Positions 48,312 through 61,800 of a DNA stretch of 64,000 bases are shown one piece after another (within the stretch, counting starts at the first letter, position 1; every line of letters begins with the position of its first letter). A model generated the notes under the pieces. It did no database searches and was not told where the DNA came from. It saw nothing but the letters and a program-made list of their open reading frames with translations. The translations under genes were made by a program, and so were the position numbers. Source of the stretch: Takakia lepidozioides. Lineage: Eukaryota > Plantae > Bryophyta. The stretch covers positions 59,458,001 to 59,522,000 of the forward strand of contig CM060731.1 of the NCBI GenBank assembly GCA_030704615.1. The letters are read 5' to 3'.

Positions 48312-49108
48312 GGGGATTGCAAATGCATGAGCGGTGAGCGGTGAGCGCATGAGCATGAGCAGACTTTTCCAAACCTCCCCCGAACCTACACCGAACCACC
48401 CTGAAAACAAAAAACGGACCTCCCGGAAGTCCCCTGTGTGGATGTCGATGTACATAAACTGCATTATTTTAAACTTGGTAAGAGACAACGAAAATAGGGG
48501 ATAGAATGTCTATATCCGTGCCCCAATCTTGGGTGTTATAGTCGCCACAGACTATAATACAGAATACAAAATAGGGGGGAAGAATATCTTAGAAAACAAC
48601 CTTTACAAAATTATCAACTAGGTAGATGAGCGAAAGTTGAGTATAGTCGGCACCGACTATAGTTTTTTAATAGTTTGTTAGTTTTAGTTTTATTTTATTT
48701 TTATTTTAGTTTAATATTTTAATATTTTCCGGCACTGACAATAGTCGGCCACAAGATCGGCCGGCTCGGCTGGACCACGGTAATAGAAAACGGGCCTATT
48801 TCCGTGGTAGCCGCTTTCTATCTGTCCGAGCATTATTATGTTATAATCGGCACCGACTACCCAAATCTCATAGCACTGTTGTGCTATAATCAGCACCGAC
48901 TACTCAGGTTCGGTAACTGCCGAACCTATATTTTCTGATCCGAACCTAAGGTCGAAGCCAATGATGGTGGAGAACTTGGCAGTTTTTTACCAAAGAAGCA
49001 GTCCAAAACTACCTCCACAAGGGCTAAATTTGGCGAAAAATCCATAAAATATGTTCTGCTTATGCTCATGCTTAATCCCGCTCACCGCTCATGCAACATC
49101 CGCACCCC
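48312..49108. mobile_element. Non-autonomous TIR element (Mutator-like or hAT) inserted in RT
   Basis: GGGG..TGCATGAGCGGTGAGCGG / CCGCTCACCGCTCATGCA..CCCC TIRs; TSD (C)TTCTTCAC, 8-9 bp; removal restores DDVKKTAV in RT. Confidence 0.85.
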
Positions 49109-51894
49109 TTCTTCACATCATCCTCATTCATTTTGATCTGCCAAAATCCACTCTGCAAGTCCAAAGCAGAAAACCAGGCAGCATTACCAAAGCTATTGAG
49201 CACATCTTGTTTCAAGGGCATGGGATAAGATACCTTCCTGGTCAGATTATTCAGTGGGCGATAATCCCCACAGAATCTTTTGGACCCATCCTTCTTGGGA
49301 GGTAGAGTCACCGGGCATGAGTACTCCGACTTGCTCTCCCGCATCTTGCCTTGCAAGATAAGAGCCTCAATTTGACGCTACACTTCCCCTTCCTCCCACT
49401 CAGATAATCTGCTGGGCTGACTCTTGCATGGCGAAAACCCTTGGGTATCTATAACATGCTCCACCATTGAGCAAAAACCTAGATCTGCCTTACTGAGAAC
49501 AAAACAGCCTTGATATTTTCTCAGCACTTGTTCAAGTGCACACTGGTGTTCCTTTGGCAGCTTGTGATTAATGTTTATCCGTGCCCTAAGACTAGCCCAA
49601 CGCACCTCTTTGGCGTGCTTGGCCTCATCATCAGGGTCCCTCTGCTGGATGTGGTGAACATGCACAGCCACTTTCTCCTTCTCTTCCATAGCAGTAATCA
49701 TGAAAGTCATCCTCCATCTCAGATTCATTGTTTCCCAACTCTCCCTCCCAAGCTTTGTTGTAATCATCATGTATCATAGAAGATGCCATGTTCTTGTTCG
49801 TCTCTTGCTGCAGCAATTCCGCCAGTCCTTGATCATGCAGCACCTCCTCTCCTTCCTCGATTTCTTCAATGCAAGCCTCTATATCAGTCAGGCCTAAACC
49901 TGGACCTTCATCTCTACACTCCAAGGAACTCTCATCACTGGTTGAGGCACTCCCGGTGGGACTGTGGGGATCCAGATCTTCCTCCATCTCCTGGTCACTG
50001 TTGGGCAGAAGTAAATGAGCAGCATGTGTAATTGTCATGATGTGCTCATGCACTTCCTCCCGCACGGACACACAGCTCCCATGTTTCACTTGTTCAATTT
50101 GGTTGATGGTATGAAGAGGGAAGTGTGCCATTGCATTGCAGGCCCGTATCTTATCCTCAAGGTTTCATTCTCGGTGTCAACAACAGCACCAAACTTTTTC
50201 AAAAAGTCCAACCCCAGAAGCATGTTGTATGTGTCCGTATCTATCACCATAAATGACAAGCGGTTAGTGAGCTCACCCACGGTCACCTTTAGATCCTCCA
50301 AACGTCCCATGGTAGTCTCCACTGCACCAGATGCCACTCTATAAGTGACCTCCTTGTCACTCACCACTAAGCCCATAAGTCCAAGATCTCTGACAGTGCT
50401 GGCTGACATCACAGATAGCATTGCACCAGTGTCAACCTGTCCCAGCACTTGGTGTTCTCCAATGGTGATCATTGCGTGAAGAGCTCTCATCCTCCCCGTA
50501 TATGCATATGAGACACTGTTGGCCTCCATCTCATGCGGGTACAGTGGCTTGGCTTTGGCCTTAGCATTCATCTTCACACTTGGCATTTGGTTCTCTGCTA
50601 GGGAAGCCACCGACTCCCTCTGCTGCCCCATTGCCCGTTCAACAACCTTGACCAAACCTTTCAACTTTTCCAACTCCCCTGACATTGACATGATTACATC
50701 CTAGGAGAGAGGGAGATCCTTCCCTTGTAAAAATGGTTTAAAATCTTTGACCTTGGGTTACTTTCAGCCGAACGAGGAGCCCGTGGGGCTTGTAATGCAA
50801 CCCCCGAACTTCCTGAATCTCCACTGGTATGCTCATCCTCCTTAGATCGTCCAGAGCTGTTGGCTGAAGGCAGTGCAAGTGGGGTACAATTTCGAGGGAG
50901 TCTTACCTCATTAATGTCTTGTTCCCTCATCAATGTAGTCATCTCGGCCAAGATCTGGTCTTCATCATCACAATATACCTCCACGAAGTGAGTTGCAGGT
51001 GTCCCAGTGTTGTTTGTCTCAAGCTTTTGGCTACACACGTTCTCGAGGTGCCCCAACATCTTACAATACGAGCATCTAACCCCACACATCTCTGTTCGGT
51101 GGCCCACTCTATGACATTTTCCACAGGTTGGTGGTGCTCTCCCTGCAGGACAAGTGGCGGCAATGTGCCCTTTTTGATTGCAAGTATTGCGGGTGCGCAC
51201 CCCCCCTTGGTGGTGTCCTGCTGCCTGATGATCCCCATACACCGGACCCTTGTCAAAATACTTTTGCAGGGTATTGGTCAGCTTGTCCAGTCTCTTGTCC
51301 ATTGGACTCAAATAAGCTATCTCATCATTGTCTTCTCCTTCCAGCGGCTCCAGAGGGGTTTCACCTAGTCTTCCCAGTCCGCATTCAATCTCAATCGCAG
51401 TATCCAAAGCTTCATCTATATCCACAAATCGTCTACCAAGCATGGCCCTCATTATCTCCGGTCGCAAGCCCCCAACAAAGCGTTTGCGCTGCTCCAGATC
51501 AGCTATGCCTCCTTTCAAAACACACGGCTCAGCTTATCAAAGTACGCCTGAACGAGTTGCTTATGCTCCTATTTGATTGAATCCAAGTCTCATCTTGATT
51601 TCCACCATGTCCACAACTCCAAACTTGACGCCATTGCAGCCTGGAAGTCTGGCCAATTATCTGGCCTTGGGTTATGCTCCTAGCTATCATTCCTGACGTG
51701 ATGTGGCGCTGATACGTCGGCCGTCACGTCCGACGTCCGTCAAGTCACGTCAAGTCAAATCCGAACGTTTATCCATGTAATTTTTTTTACATTTGACTTT
51801 TACAATTTACTTCTACCCTTTGTAATGGCATGGCAGCCACGGTGTAAAACAGATGTTGTCAATTATTAATATTTATTAATTCTTTTTTAAAAAT

Positions 51895-52362
51895 GTGTCC
51901 GCCTATATTGGCGGTCGCATATAATTTATTATTTTAAAAATAAAAGCATCGCCGGTAATTTATTTATTTATAAATGAAGCGACCGCCCAGATTGGCGGTC
52001 GCTCGTACTTTATTATGTTATTATTATTATATCTTTGATATATTCTGTAAAAATATAGTGACCGCCATGTGGCGGTCGCTATATATATATTTTAAATTTA
52101 GCGACCGCCATTTAGCAGCAGTCGCTTATTCTTATTTTTATTCTTAAATAAATCGACCGCTGTTTGGCGGTCGCTTCTTCAGTAAATTTTTGAAAAATGC
52201 AGCGACCGCCATTTGGCGGCCGTCGCTATTTTTGTTAATAAAAAATACAACGACCGCCATTTGGAGGCGACCGCTCGATTTGATTTTGATTCTTAAATTA
52301 AGCGACCGCCGTTTGGCGGTCGCTTACTTAATATTTTTTTTTAAATGAAGCGACCGCCATTT
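51895..52362. repeat. Array of about 10 palindromes AGCGACCGCC-N4-GGCGGTCGCT separated by AT-rich spacers
   Basis: Visible directly; spacers are ~20-55 bp and very AT-rich. Confidence 0.9.
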
Positions 52363-53089
52363 AGAGACTAGAGATCCGAACACTTAATTCAAGATTTATC
52401 GTATCACCATTTTGCCGTTTTCGGATCTCTAGCGGCCTGTTTTTTTGCAGAAACTACGAAGACATCATCCACACGCGTCCATTGCCGTTTTCTGAGGTTT
52501 TGGACCCTGTAGTGGGCAAAGGTTTATACAATGTCAAGGGTTGTGAATTCAAGTTCTGGGGCGGGTCGTCTGGGGGTCGGAGGAAGAGAAAACGTGCCCA
52601 CGAGCGGGATAGCCAGGTCAACAAGTCAGACTACACAGGACCGGATGCCTTGGATAGGGTGAAAGAAGTGGTAGTGGATTAATTCAAGGGTAGAGCCATG
52701 ATAAGGCTGGAGAGTGCTTATGTCAGGCATAGATGGGAGGGGTTTCAGATTTTCCAGCAAAATATGGAGAGGAAAATGACAAACGCTTTTGTGGAGGCTA
52801 AGTGGACGGCGGACAGGGACAAGCCGAAGTTCAATCGGTGGATCCAAAGCAGGGCGAAAGACGTCACGTGGAATTTGAGGCAGCTAATGAAGACATGGAA
52901 GAGTAGAGTAACCGAGGGTTGAGTATCCTCCGCCGAAGCTGAGTTAATGCGGCGTGTTGAGTATTGGGCTTGCTCGGCAAGTCAGAATTCACATCGTCGG
53001 ACTAGGGTTGTCCCTTGGAAGGCAGGGTCATCAGGCGGGGGAGACACAACTGGTCTTTATTTACCTGAACTCTATTGCGAAAGTGGTAG

Positions 53090-53992
53090 AGATTGGCCCT
53101 TACAAAGAATGAGGGCATGCTAAGGTCCGTCAGTGTAGGATTGTTGGCGATTCTAGAATACCGGAGCGTTGGGAGCTAGCGGGAAAAAACCCCAAGTCCA
53201 AAAATCCAGAAAAAGCGTTGAGACAACATAACGACGAGTGTTTGGCAGTGAGGTTCCAGCATCCGGGTGTTATCTCATATTTTGCTATGAATGCACGTGA
53301 GGTAGAGGGTTACACTCGCTGGTGGAATGGGAGAACAATACGCGACATGATGAACCTTGACAGAAAATGAGGCAACGATTCGGACAACAAGGTGATTTTG
53401 GAACAAATGGGAACGGAAGCAGAGTTCCAGGAATGCGATCGCTTGCTTCGTTGCCGGAAAGTGTGCAGTAAACTTGCATGGGCACTGGTGTGCATCATGG
53501 ATGCTGTCCACAAGAACGGTGTCCCGAACAACGACTTGTCTCCCGACAAATCTTGTTGCATTTTCCGGATAGCACCGATGAGATCAAGATTGGGGTGTGT
53601 GATTGGGGCTTAGCCACCCCATTGGGCATACGCAAAGCCTCGCCATACCAGTTTGAAAACCAAGACAAGCTGGACCGGAAACTCGCGAAAAGATGGTAGG
53701 TGGAAAAAGATATTGCATTGGTTTTCAATGCGAATGCCACCCCCCACCCCCCAAGGACATGACGTCGGAGGCATTTGCCGTTGGGAAGATAGCGGTACGA
53801 ATAAATGACGGCGCTCATTATGATGAAAGTATGTTCGAGGACCAATTTACGGGAGGTTGTTGGCATTTAATGCTACAAAGGTTGTACGACAACAACGAGA
53901 AGGAGATAGTCACATTATCCCATGTAGTACTTCGGTTCATGGGCAAGCCATTCAATTGGCCTGAGCCGAAAAACGTATATAGGACGGAGTAG
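53090..53992 (+). pseudogene. Intronless protein-kinase-like pseudogene
   Basis: Across frameshifts: GHAKVRQC, LAGK, E..HPGVI, LAWALVCIMDAVHKNGVPNNDLSPD, ILLHF, IGVCDWGLA (catalytic-loop and DFG equivalents). Confidence 0.75.
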
Positions 53993-54074
53993 ACCATAGT
54001 CTGGTAGATATAAGATTTGTGGCGGTACAATGGTTCTTTTATGAAGACATAACTTAATTTTGATCGTGCATGTG

Positions 54075-55600
54075 ATAAATAAAGTCTCATTGTAAATACT
54101 ACATTGCATATGCTCGACCCTTGCACATGTCATCGCAACATAAATGGTTTGTGTACTAGCTCACTGTTTATATTTGTAATGTTCCAAGGTTTCGGATAGG
54201 GTTATGAGAAAACGATGTATTAGTTCCGTAGGAGTTAGACAATAAACGTCTCACATCTCATTCAAATGTGCGACACTACCATGAGAGGCATGGATCGGAA
54301 AGTAATAGATGCACATGCGACGTCCGAAGTCCGAACGTTTGATACTAGGTCCAGCGAATGGTCTACTTGAACGTCCGGAGGTCGCATGTACACCTATTAC
54401 TTTTTGATCCATGTCACTCATGGTAGTGTCGACATTTGAATGAGACATGAAACGTTTGTTGTCTAACTCCTACAGAACCAATATATCATTTTTAGTACCC
54501 TATCAGAAACATTGAAACATTCGAAGTTACAAACAATGCCACAATACATGGCCTGTTTTGTTGAAATGACATCTGTGAGGTTCGAGCGTATGTAATTTAT
54601 TATTTACAACGGAACTTTATTTATTCGGGGGACCGGTACCGCTGCTGGAGCGCAACTGATGGTGCGAGTTTTCTATTGATTAGAGCTGTCACAACCAATG
54701 TCAACAATCATATTTACGGTAAGGTGTTTCATGCTATTGTTGTTCCTCCAGCTGAATTCTTTAGTACTCTTTTTGCTATTCCCATGCCAACGTCCTCTGA
54801 AATCGTCATGTTCAAACGAACGTATCAGCCACCCCGGCCAGCTTGCAGGCTGCAGCCACGGCCCACCATAAATTGAATGAATTTGAGATTTTGTGCGAAG
54901 TTCCTAGTTTCATGTCCGTGGTGGCTGATACGGAATTCGGAATATGACAGTCGCAGTGGACCTGATGTTGTTGGCATGGGAGTAGCAAAACGATTCCTAA
55001 ATAATTCAGCTACATAAACATCGGCAGTACGAAACACCTTGCAGTACATATGATTCTTGAGATTGTTTGCACGGATTATTTGTGTTTGTGCTTTCAAGTG
55101 ACGAACATTTCCGCCATGGTGCGGAAGAGGTGCATTGGCCACATTAAACGGTTGATGTGATACCATTTCATAAATGTATCACATCGCATTTGTGAAAATG
55201 TATTACATGAATCGTTCCATGTGGCCTATGGGAGTCTTCGATGGGTACGAGATCAATGTGGCCTACGAGATGAGCTTCCACCAACAAACATGTGATCATT
55301 TCAGAAGCGCTTGAAGTGACGATGGGCAAGGTTCTTCATCCAGATATTCAACATACTGAGGTCTTTTGTAATGTCTCTTGCTTTGTAATGAGGTGCTTCT
55401 CCAACTCTTATTTTTCCAATGTTGATATCTTACATCTGGAACATATCCACACATGCGTATATAAAAACTTAAAAAACCAAATGACCTTCAAAACTGGAAG
55501 CTGGGGATGAGGCTTATAAAAGTGGAGATGGTCATTTGCTTATTTAAGGATTTCTGCACACATGTGTGGATTTGTTCCAGGTGGAGAACATCAATATATT
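54075..55600. repeat. Three consecutive long imperfect inverted repeats
   Basis: Arms at ~54075-54285 / 54417-54625, ~54700-54795 / 54960-55060 and ~55430-55490 / 55522-55582. Confidence 0.8.
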
Positions 55601-55789
55601 GGATAAATCAAGGCTTTCAGCCCCACGGTGAGTCCTATGCCACCCCCACTACGACTCCCTATGTTACGACCACCCCCCCCCCCCCCCCCCCCGCATTACG
55701 AGGTAGGAGACACTACAAAAAGAGCTTCAAAGGGCATACCATGTAACATGTCCCAGTATAATCAAAGACGAAACCCCATTCATTCAATG

Positions 55790-57210
55790 GGCGATTGAAT
55801 GGTTGCCCATCCAAATGATTTTCAATCTTTGCCACTATGTTCAACATACCGTGTATCAGGTCCCAGACTAATATGAGATCAATCGAAATTCATTCGATGG
55901 CTCAACGGATGGTTGGCCATCGAAATGATTTTGGTTCGCTTTGAGACTTGGCCACTATGTTCAATGTGCCATGTAAGAGGCCCCAGAGTAATATGAGATC
56001 AATCAAAATTCGTTCAATGGGCCAACGGATGGTTGCCCATCCAAATGATTTTCGTTCACTTTGAAACTTGGCCAGTGTGTTCAATGTACCATCTAATACG
56101 TCCCATAATATGAGATCAATCGAAATTCGTTCGATTGTCTAATGAGGCATTCACTTGTCATATGGTTTTTGTTCAATGCGAAAAAAGAAATCCTGCAATG
56201 CGTGCACGACTATTGCACCTATTGAACGGATATGGTTGAAGCCCCTATTTTGCCCCCATGTGCTTGAACATGTGTGGGACACATGTGCAGAGACATATTA
56301 GACGAATAATCATTTGCCTCCCTATCGACGCGATCACCCCTCAAGCCATTCCACAATTTAATTGAATTTAAATTTTAAATTCATTTTTCAACATCATTGT
56401 CAACATGTGTGTCAAGTGTGGGAGCATCATGGATGCTCACCAAAGCCAATAAATAGGTTTGCACTGTCTTTCATTGGGGGTTTCTGGCACGTATCGATTT
56501 TGTTTTTGGCTCAATTTTGTTCTGCGGCTTCAAGCATCTCACTGCTACTCCCCCGCCAAAATTTGGATCAATAAAAAATGCCCCAAAAAAAAGTGTGCTC
56601 TTTGCTCACTATTGCAGAACTCTCTATGAAGAGTGCATGAAGTAGAACACAAATCAAGTTTGGAGTGCAAAACAGGGAAGAAACTGTGGTTTTGGATCCA
56701 AATGAATTATGTCCGCTCCCAAATTTGGCACGCACGTTGCATATGGAGTCATTACACACCCCATTCAAAAACGGAATGAAAAACAAATCGTGAGCATGCA
56801 AAACACAGTCCAACAGGTCCCAAAGTAATAGCCGATCCAACGGAATACATTCAACGGGTGAACGGATGGTTGCCCGTCCAAATGATTTTCGTTTGCTTTC
56901 AATCTTTGTCACTATGTTCAATATACCATGTATCAGGTCCCGGACTAATATGAGATCAATCAAAATTCATTCGATGGCTCAACGGATGGTTGGCCATCGA
57001 AATGATTTTGGTTCGTTTTGAGACTTGGCCACTATGTTCAATGTGCCATGTAAGAAGCCCCAGAGTAATATGAGATCAATCGAAATTCGTTCAATGGGCC
57101 AACAGATGGTTGCCCATCCAAATGATTTTCGTGGACACTGAAACTTGGCCAGTGTGTTCAATGTACCTTTTGATACGTCCCAGTGTAATATAAGATCAAT
57201 CGAAATTATT
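55790..57210. repeat. ~120-bp tandem repeat in two blocks (55790-56140, 56840-57210)
   Basis: AATATGAGATCAATC(G/A)AAATTC and GGTTGCCCATCCAAATGATTTT recur at ~120-bp spacing. Confidence 0.85.
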
Positions 57211-58811
57211 TTGTGCTTTGAGAACTTTGTGGGTATGTTCGTAGAAAAATCATAGATTTTGCGAAATGATTATGAAATACGCAGGGACCAGGCGAAATTT
57301 GTTTGGAAGACGACCATTCGTAACTCGTTATAACTTATTGATTTACATCAATTTTCCTTGTTCTCCAGCTTTCGGAGTTCATTGCAAATATCCACATACA
57401 CGTCATGACCAAATATAATACCATTGTAAATTTGTTTACAGGGTGAACCACTTCTTCCCCATCACATGAGTGTAAATGTGAAGAAAATGTTGCTCATGCA
57501 ATTGAAATCGGTAGGTGCCGCACATGTGCATTGTGTATTAACAAAATTGGTGATATACAAATGGCGGAATGCTATCACTGTGTTTTCCAACAATATTCAA
57601 GGTACAACAAAAATGCACATTGTATATGTACTACGCTGCCAGTCATTAAAAGCCTAGTCGTCACTGTCCGAGGACAAGGAATTTGATGTTGTGGCCTGAT
57701 TTACACTGCCAATTGCCAGAGCTTGCGACCGTGATCTCGTGGTCAATGAGGGGCCCAATAGCATGTGATCAATTTTGGCCTGCTTCCGCCTACTTCGTGA
57801 CGAAAGTTGACTTTCTTCTTCACTCTCACGATGTGGCGGAGGTGGATCGAGAACAAGTGCTCGGGCTGCATGCAAATCGGCAACGAGGCCGTCCACATCC
57901 GGCAATAGAGCCCCCAAAACACGATGATAACGGTCTGTCCATAGTCACCTCCATTTCTCTACATCTGCCTTGATGATACTTTTGAAACTTTCCAACTGCC
58001 TCTCGCGGGCCCTGTCCCTAATTATTGTATCGTTTCCACAATAAGCCGCCTCGTACGCCTCATTCATTCGGCGTGGATATATTATAGCATCTTCCAGTTC
58101 AGACAGCAATAAATATCTCCCAATCAGTTGTCGGTCATACAATTTGTTCTCCTCCGGCACCCATGGAACCTGTTGGAGCCGGATAAGTCCATGCAGTTCC
58201 ACCACAAATAATTGATTTGGAGAAATAAGGGTTAGATATCCCCACTACAGAACAGGTGGTGGCAGAAATTGAGAAGGGGGACCTTCTCTATGAAAATTCT
58301 GGTTTGGTCAGGGAAACAATGATTGCAAAGGTGCAGCGGTTGTCCAGGGGAAACCCTGCTGTGCATATAATACACACACCTGTGACGGAGGTACCACAGG
58401 TAGAATGTCAAGACACTGCAGCACCTGTGACGGATGAAGTGGTTCAGGAAGAAAATCTAGTGGGGCAATGGCCTGAATGGTTCGTGAGGCATCACACTGT
58501 TGAGGATCAGGGAGAACAGCAGCAAGCTCACCATGATGACCCTCAACAGGCCATGCTTATGAGTTCCATAAGCATGACACTTAATTTGTTGGGCACTTAT
58601 GTCAAATCCCATGTTCCAACTACCCAATTGGCAGGAACTCAAGAAGGAGTTTGAGGCTCGACTTGCCACTGAGTGTGCAAACAAGGTCGATGAGGAGGTC
58701 ACTCTCAAGATACAGCAAGACTTAGAGAGTACAAAAGCTACTTTGCAATTGGCCAAGGAACAATTGATTGAGGCAGGCCTCGCGCAAGACCAATTGCACG
58801 AAGCACATAAG

Positions 58812-61800
58812 TGTTAGAAGGCTGCTTGGGACTTAGACACTTTTACGGGATCTGTGGGGTACCCTTAATTTTTGCACAGACTGAGACCAACAGGAGCCTT
58901 AGGGGTGACAACAGCGCACTTTAGGGGGGGGTTACACAGCCCGTCACAGCCAACACAGCCCGTCACAGTCCGACACAGCCGACACAGCCAGACACAGCCG
59001 TCACAGCCAGTCACAGCTCGACACAACCGACATTGCCCAACACAGTCGCACAGCCAGTCACAACTTGACACAGCTGTCACGACCATAGGGAACGGATAGC
59101 AGGACAGGGAACGACTGTGGGGAACAACATCTGCGAATGGAACATGTTAGTTCACGGATGACGGTTAGTGAGGGAAACGGTTAGAACAACGGGTAGGAAG
59201 ATAAAGCGAGGAGCAAGGACAGAAAAATGATCACTTCTTGGGGGGACTTCGGACATCATTGGGGGAAAAATGGGGCAGAGAGCAGATCTCTGAGCAGAAA
59301 GAGGGAGAGCACGGAGTAGGAGGAGGACGACGATGATGCTTGATGAATGCAAGCAGTAGAGTTGTAATGTAGAGCAGATTAGAGACTCCATGGCTTCAGC
59401 CTGATACTTGATAGATATTAATCTGATACATACTTCATACTCACACTGTGTGAGTGAAGTTGTGGAATGAATGGATGAGTTGATGGAATCCAATAGATTG
59501 CTGAAGCAAACTGATACTTAATTACCAACAGTAAGGTAACTAGCTAACATGAATGCGGGAAGGAAAACAAATAGGAAACACCCCCATGATACACTAGCTG
59601 TAGGTCATGACTGATTGTTCTGAGCGGGCTGAGTGCTTAGAGATTTCCAACTCTTCTATCTTGGAGTTTCCGCCTCGGATAGCGAAGGGATGGGTGAGTA
59701 AAAGCCGCGCGACATTTGGCGACCATACTGGGAACTGGGTCATGAACAACCAGATGTGACAGGCATCTGGTGGGATCATGGTGGTTGGAGAATTAAAGAA
59801 TTTGATGTGAATCAAATTCCTTGTGAAACTGAGAAGGAAAGATTGTCTAAACGATTCTTTCAGAGGTTCTTGGAATTGCCAGACGGTTGTAAAGAAAACA
59901 TTCTTAAGAGAGTGCATGATGCTGACCCTGAGTGGGGTCTGGAGAAAGGAATGATAAAGATTTATCAGGTGGCCTGTAGAGGAAGAGCACGTTGGTTACC
60001 AACAGTGGTTTATGTGATAGCATTTCTATCCATTAAGCGAGTAGAGTTTGAAGGCTGGGAGGAAAGAAAGGTGAATGTTTATACTCATATGCATGAAGAG
60101 CTTGTACTGGTAAAGAATTGGATTCCAAAGGATATTTTGTGGATCAAACTCACACCAAGAACAACTTTCCAGACTTGTTTGCCATATGGTTATATGGTAA
60201 CGGAGACTTCTAGTATAGCCAAGGGTGCATTGAAGCTTGAAAGAAAACCAGGCATATACGAGAGATATTACAGAAGAGAGTTTTGGTTATTGCCACATTA
60301 AAAGAAATGAAAGACATGGGACATGAGTGATGAAAGAGAAGCTAGATGCCAGAGATATTCAGCAAAAAGAGAAAGCTATCTGAAAGCTAATTATCCATAT
60401 CTTTGGGAGAGAGGAATAGAAATAGGGGAATTATCTGGACCTCTCACACCATTAAGATCAGAGAGTACATCACCCATACCGGAAGAACTAGAGTTGGATG
60501 CCACTCCTTCTTTTTCTTTGCAAAAAAGATTAAGGGAATTGGTACGGGAAAAAGATCAATCACGAGGTGAAAGATCTGAGGTACATCCCTGGATAAAAGA
60601 TTTGACAGAAATCTTTGATAAGAGTTGGCATGGAACACCAAAAGCAGGAACTCCAGTTTCTGAAGCGGAAGGTGAAGAAGGAGGAGAGGCAGAGCCAACG
60701 GAGAGTTCAGACTCTCCAACACCATTGCAGTTGAGTCACATGAGTGAAGAAGAAACCCAAGGGCAGAACTTGGAGGATGAAAATAGAGAGAAGAAATTGG
60801 AAGAGGAAGAGTATGAAGAAGTAGACCCAACAGCTAAGGTTGAGACTACAACCAGGACATCCCAACCTGTTGGACCTGGATCAAGTGGAGCACTTGGATC
60901 ACAGGCCAACGAAGGTGTCGGCTCAGGGGGATCAGGCGGGCTGCCTGGATCTGGCTCTGGGGGGACAGGGAGTGTGGGAAGTAGTGCAACTGGAGCTGGG
61001 AATACTGTGAATATCGTGGGGCCAGTAGCAAGGAGTGCTCAAGGGCCACCACTTGGTGGAAGATCCACCACAACAACAACAGGTCCTGAAGGACCAGCGC
61101 CAGCAGGGTGCAAGCACCTGTCAGTGGGCAGAAGGTAGGGCCACAGATGGCGTACAACCAACACGGGCAAAACCACCTTTTCCAATATATTCAGGAAAAG
61201 GGGATCCCGATGTACACATTAGCCAATTCGAGCACATGTGTATAGTGAACAATGAGAATGGCGATGATGCCAAGATGAGATTGTTTCCTTGTTCACTTAT
61301 CAAGAAAGCAAGTGAATGGTATGCAAGATTTCCTGATAATCATTTCCTAACCTGGAATGGCTTGAATACAACATTCCGAAGATTCAGGACAAGTAAAACT
61401 GAGGATGAAGTGTATGGAAGTTTACAACAGTTAAAGCAAAAGAAGCATGAAACTGTTGAGGAGTATATGGAAAAGATGGAATTGATGATGAAAAAGCTGG
61501 CTGCTGTACCAGCACCAGGTTTACAGAAGACTGGTTTGTGAGTGGACTAAGACCAGAGTTGCAGAAGAAAGTGGATATGTTACCCCATAATACAGTGGAG
61601 GAGGCATTTGAGAATTGAGCAATTGGGAATGCTCAGGAGAGAGAAAAGGGATGATGAGGACTCTGAGGATGAGTCAGATGAAGAATAAGAGCAAGAACTG
61701 AAAAGGAAGAGTAAGAGAAAGGAGAAGATGAAGAGGGATAACTATGAGAAAAGATTAGAAGAAATCTTGAAGAAGTATGCCACAGAGGCTGTAACACATT

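Larger units (their letters stand above)
46160..51680 (-). mobile_element. Degenerate Ty3/gypsy retrotransposon internal region (gag, protease, RT, RNase H)
   Basis: Gag CCHC knuckles, protease VDTGA..LLGLDF, RT RFCGDYR..ALDLQSGF..MPFGL..FVDD and RNase H ..ILDVDWS..E..TDHKPL..DALSR. Confidence 0.92.

Noticed and set aside
51895-52362. CRISPR array
   Set aside because: Eukaryotic context, no cas genes, and spacers that are low-complexity AT and irregular in length.
57447-57690. Cysteine-rich open frame (CKC..CRTCALC..CYHC..CIC)
   Set aside because: No start codon, a stop immediately upstream, and no recognisable zinc-finger spacing; too weak to call.
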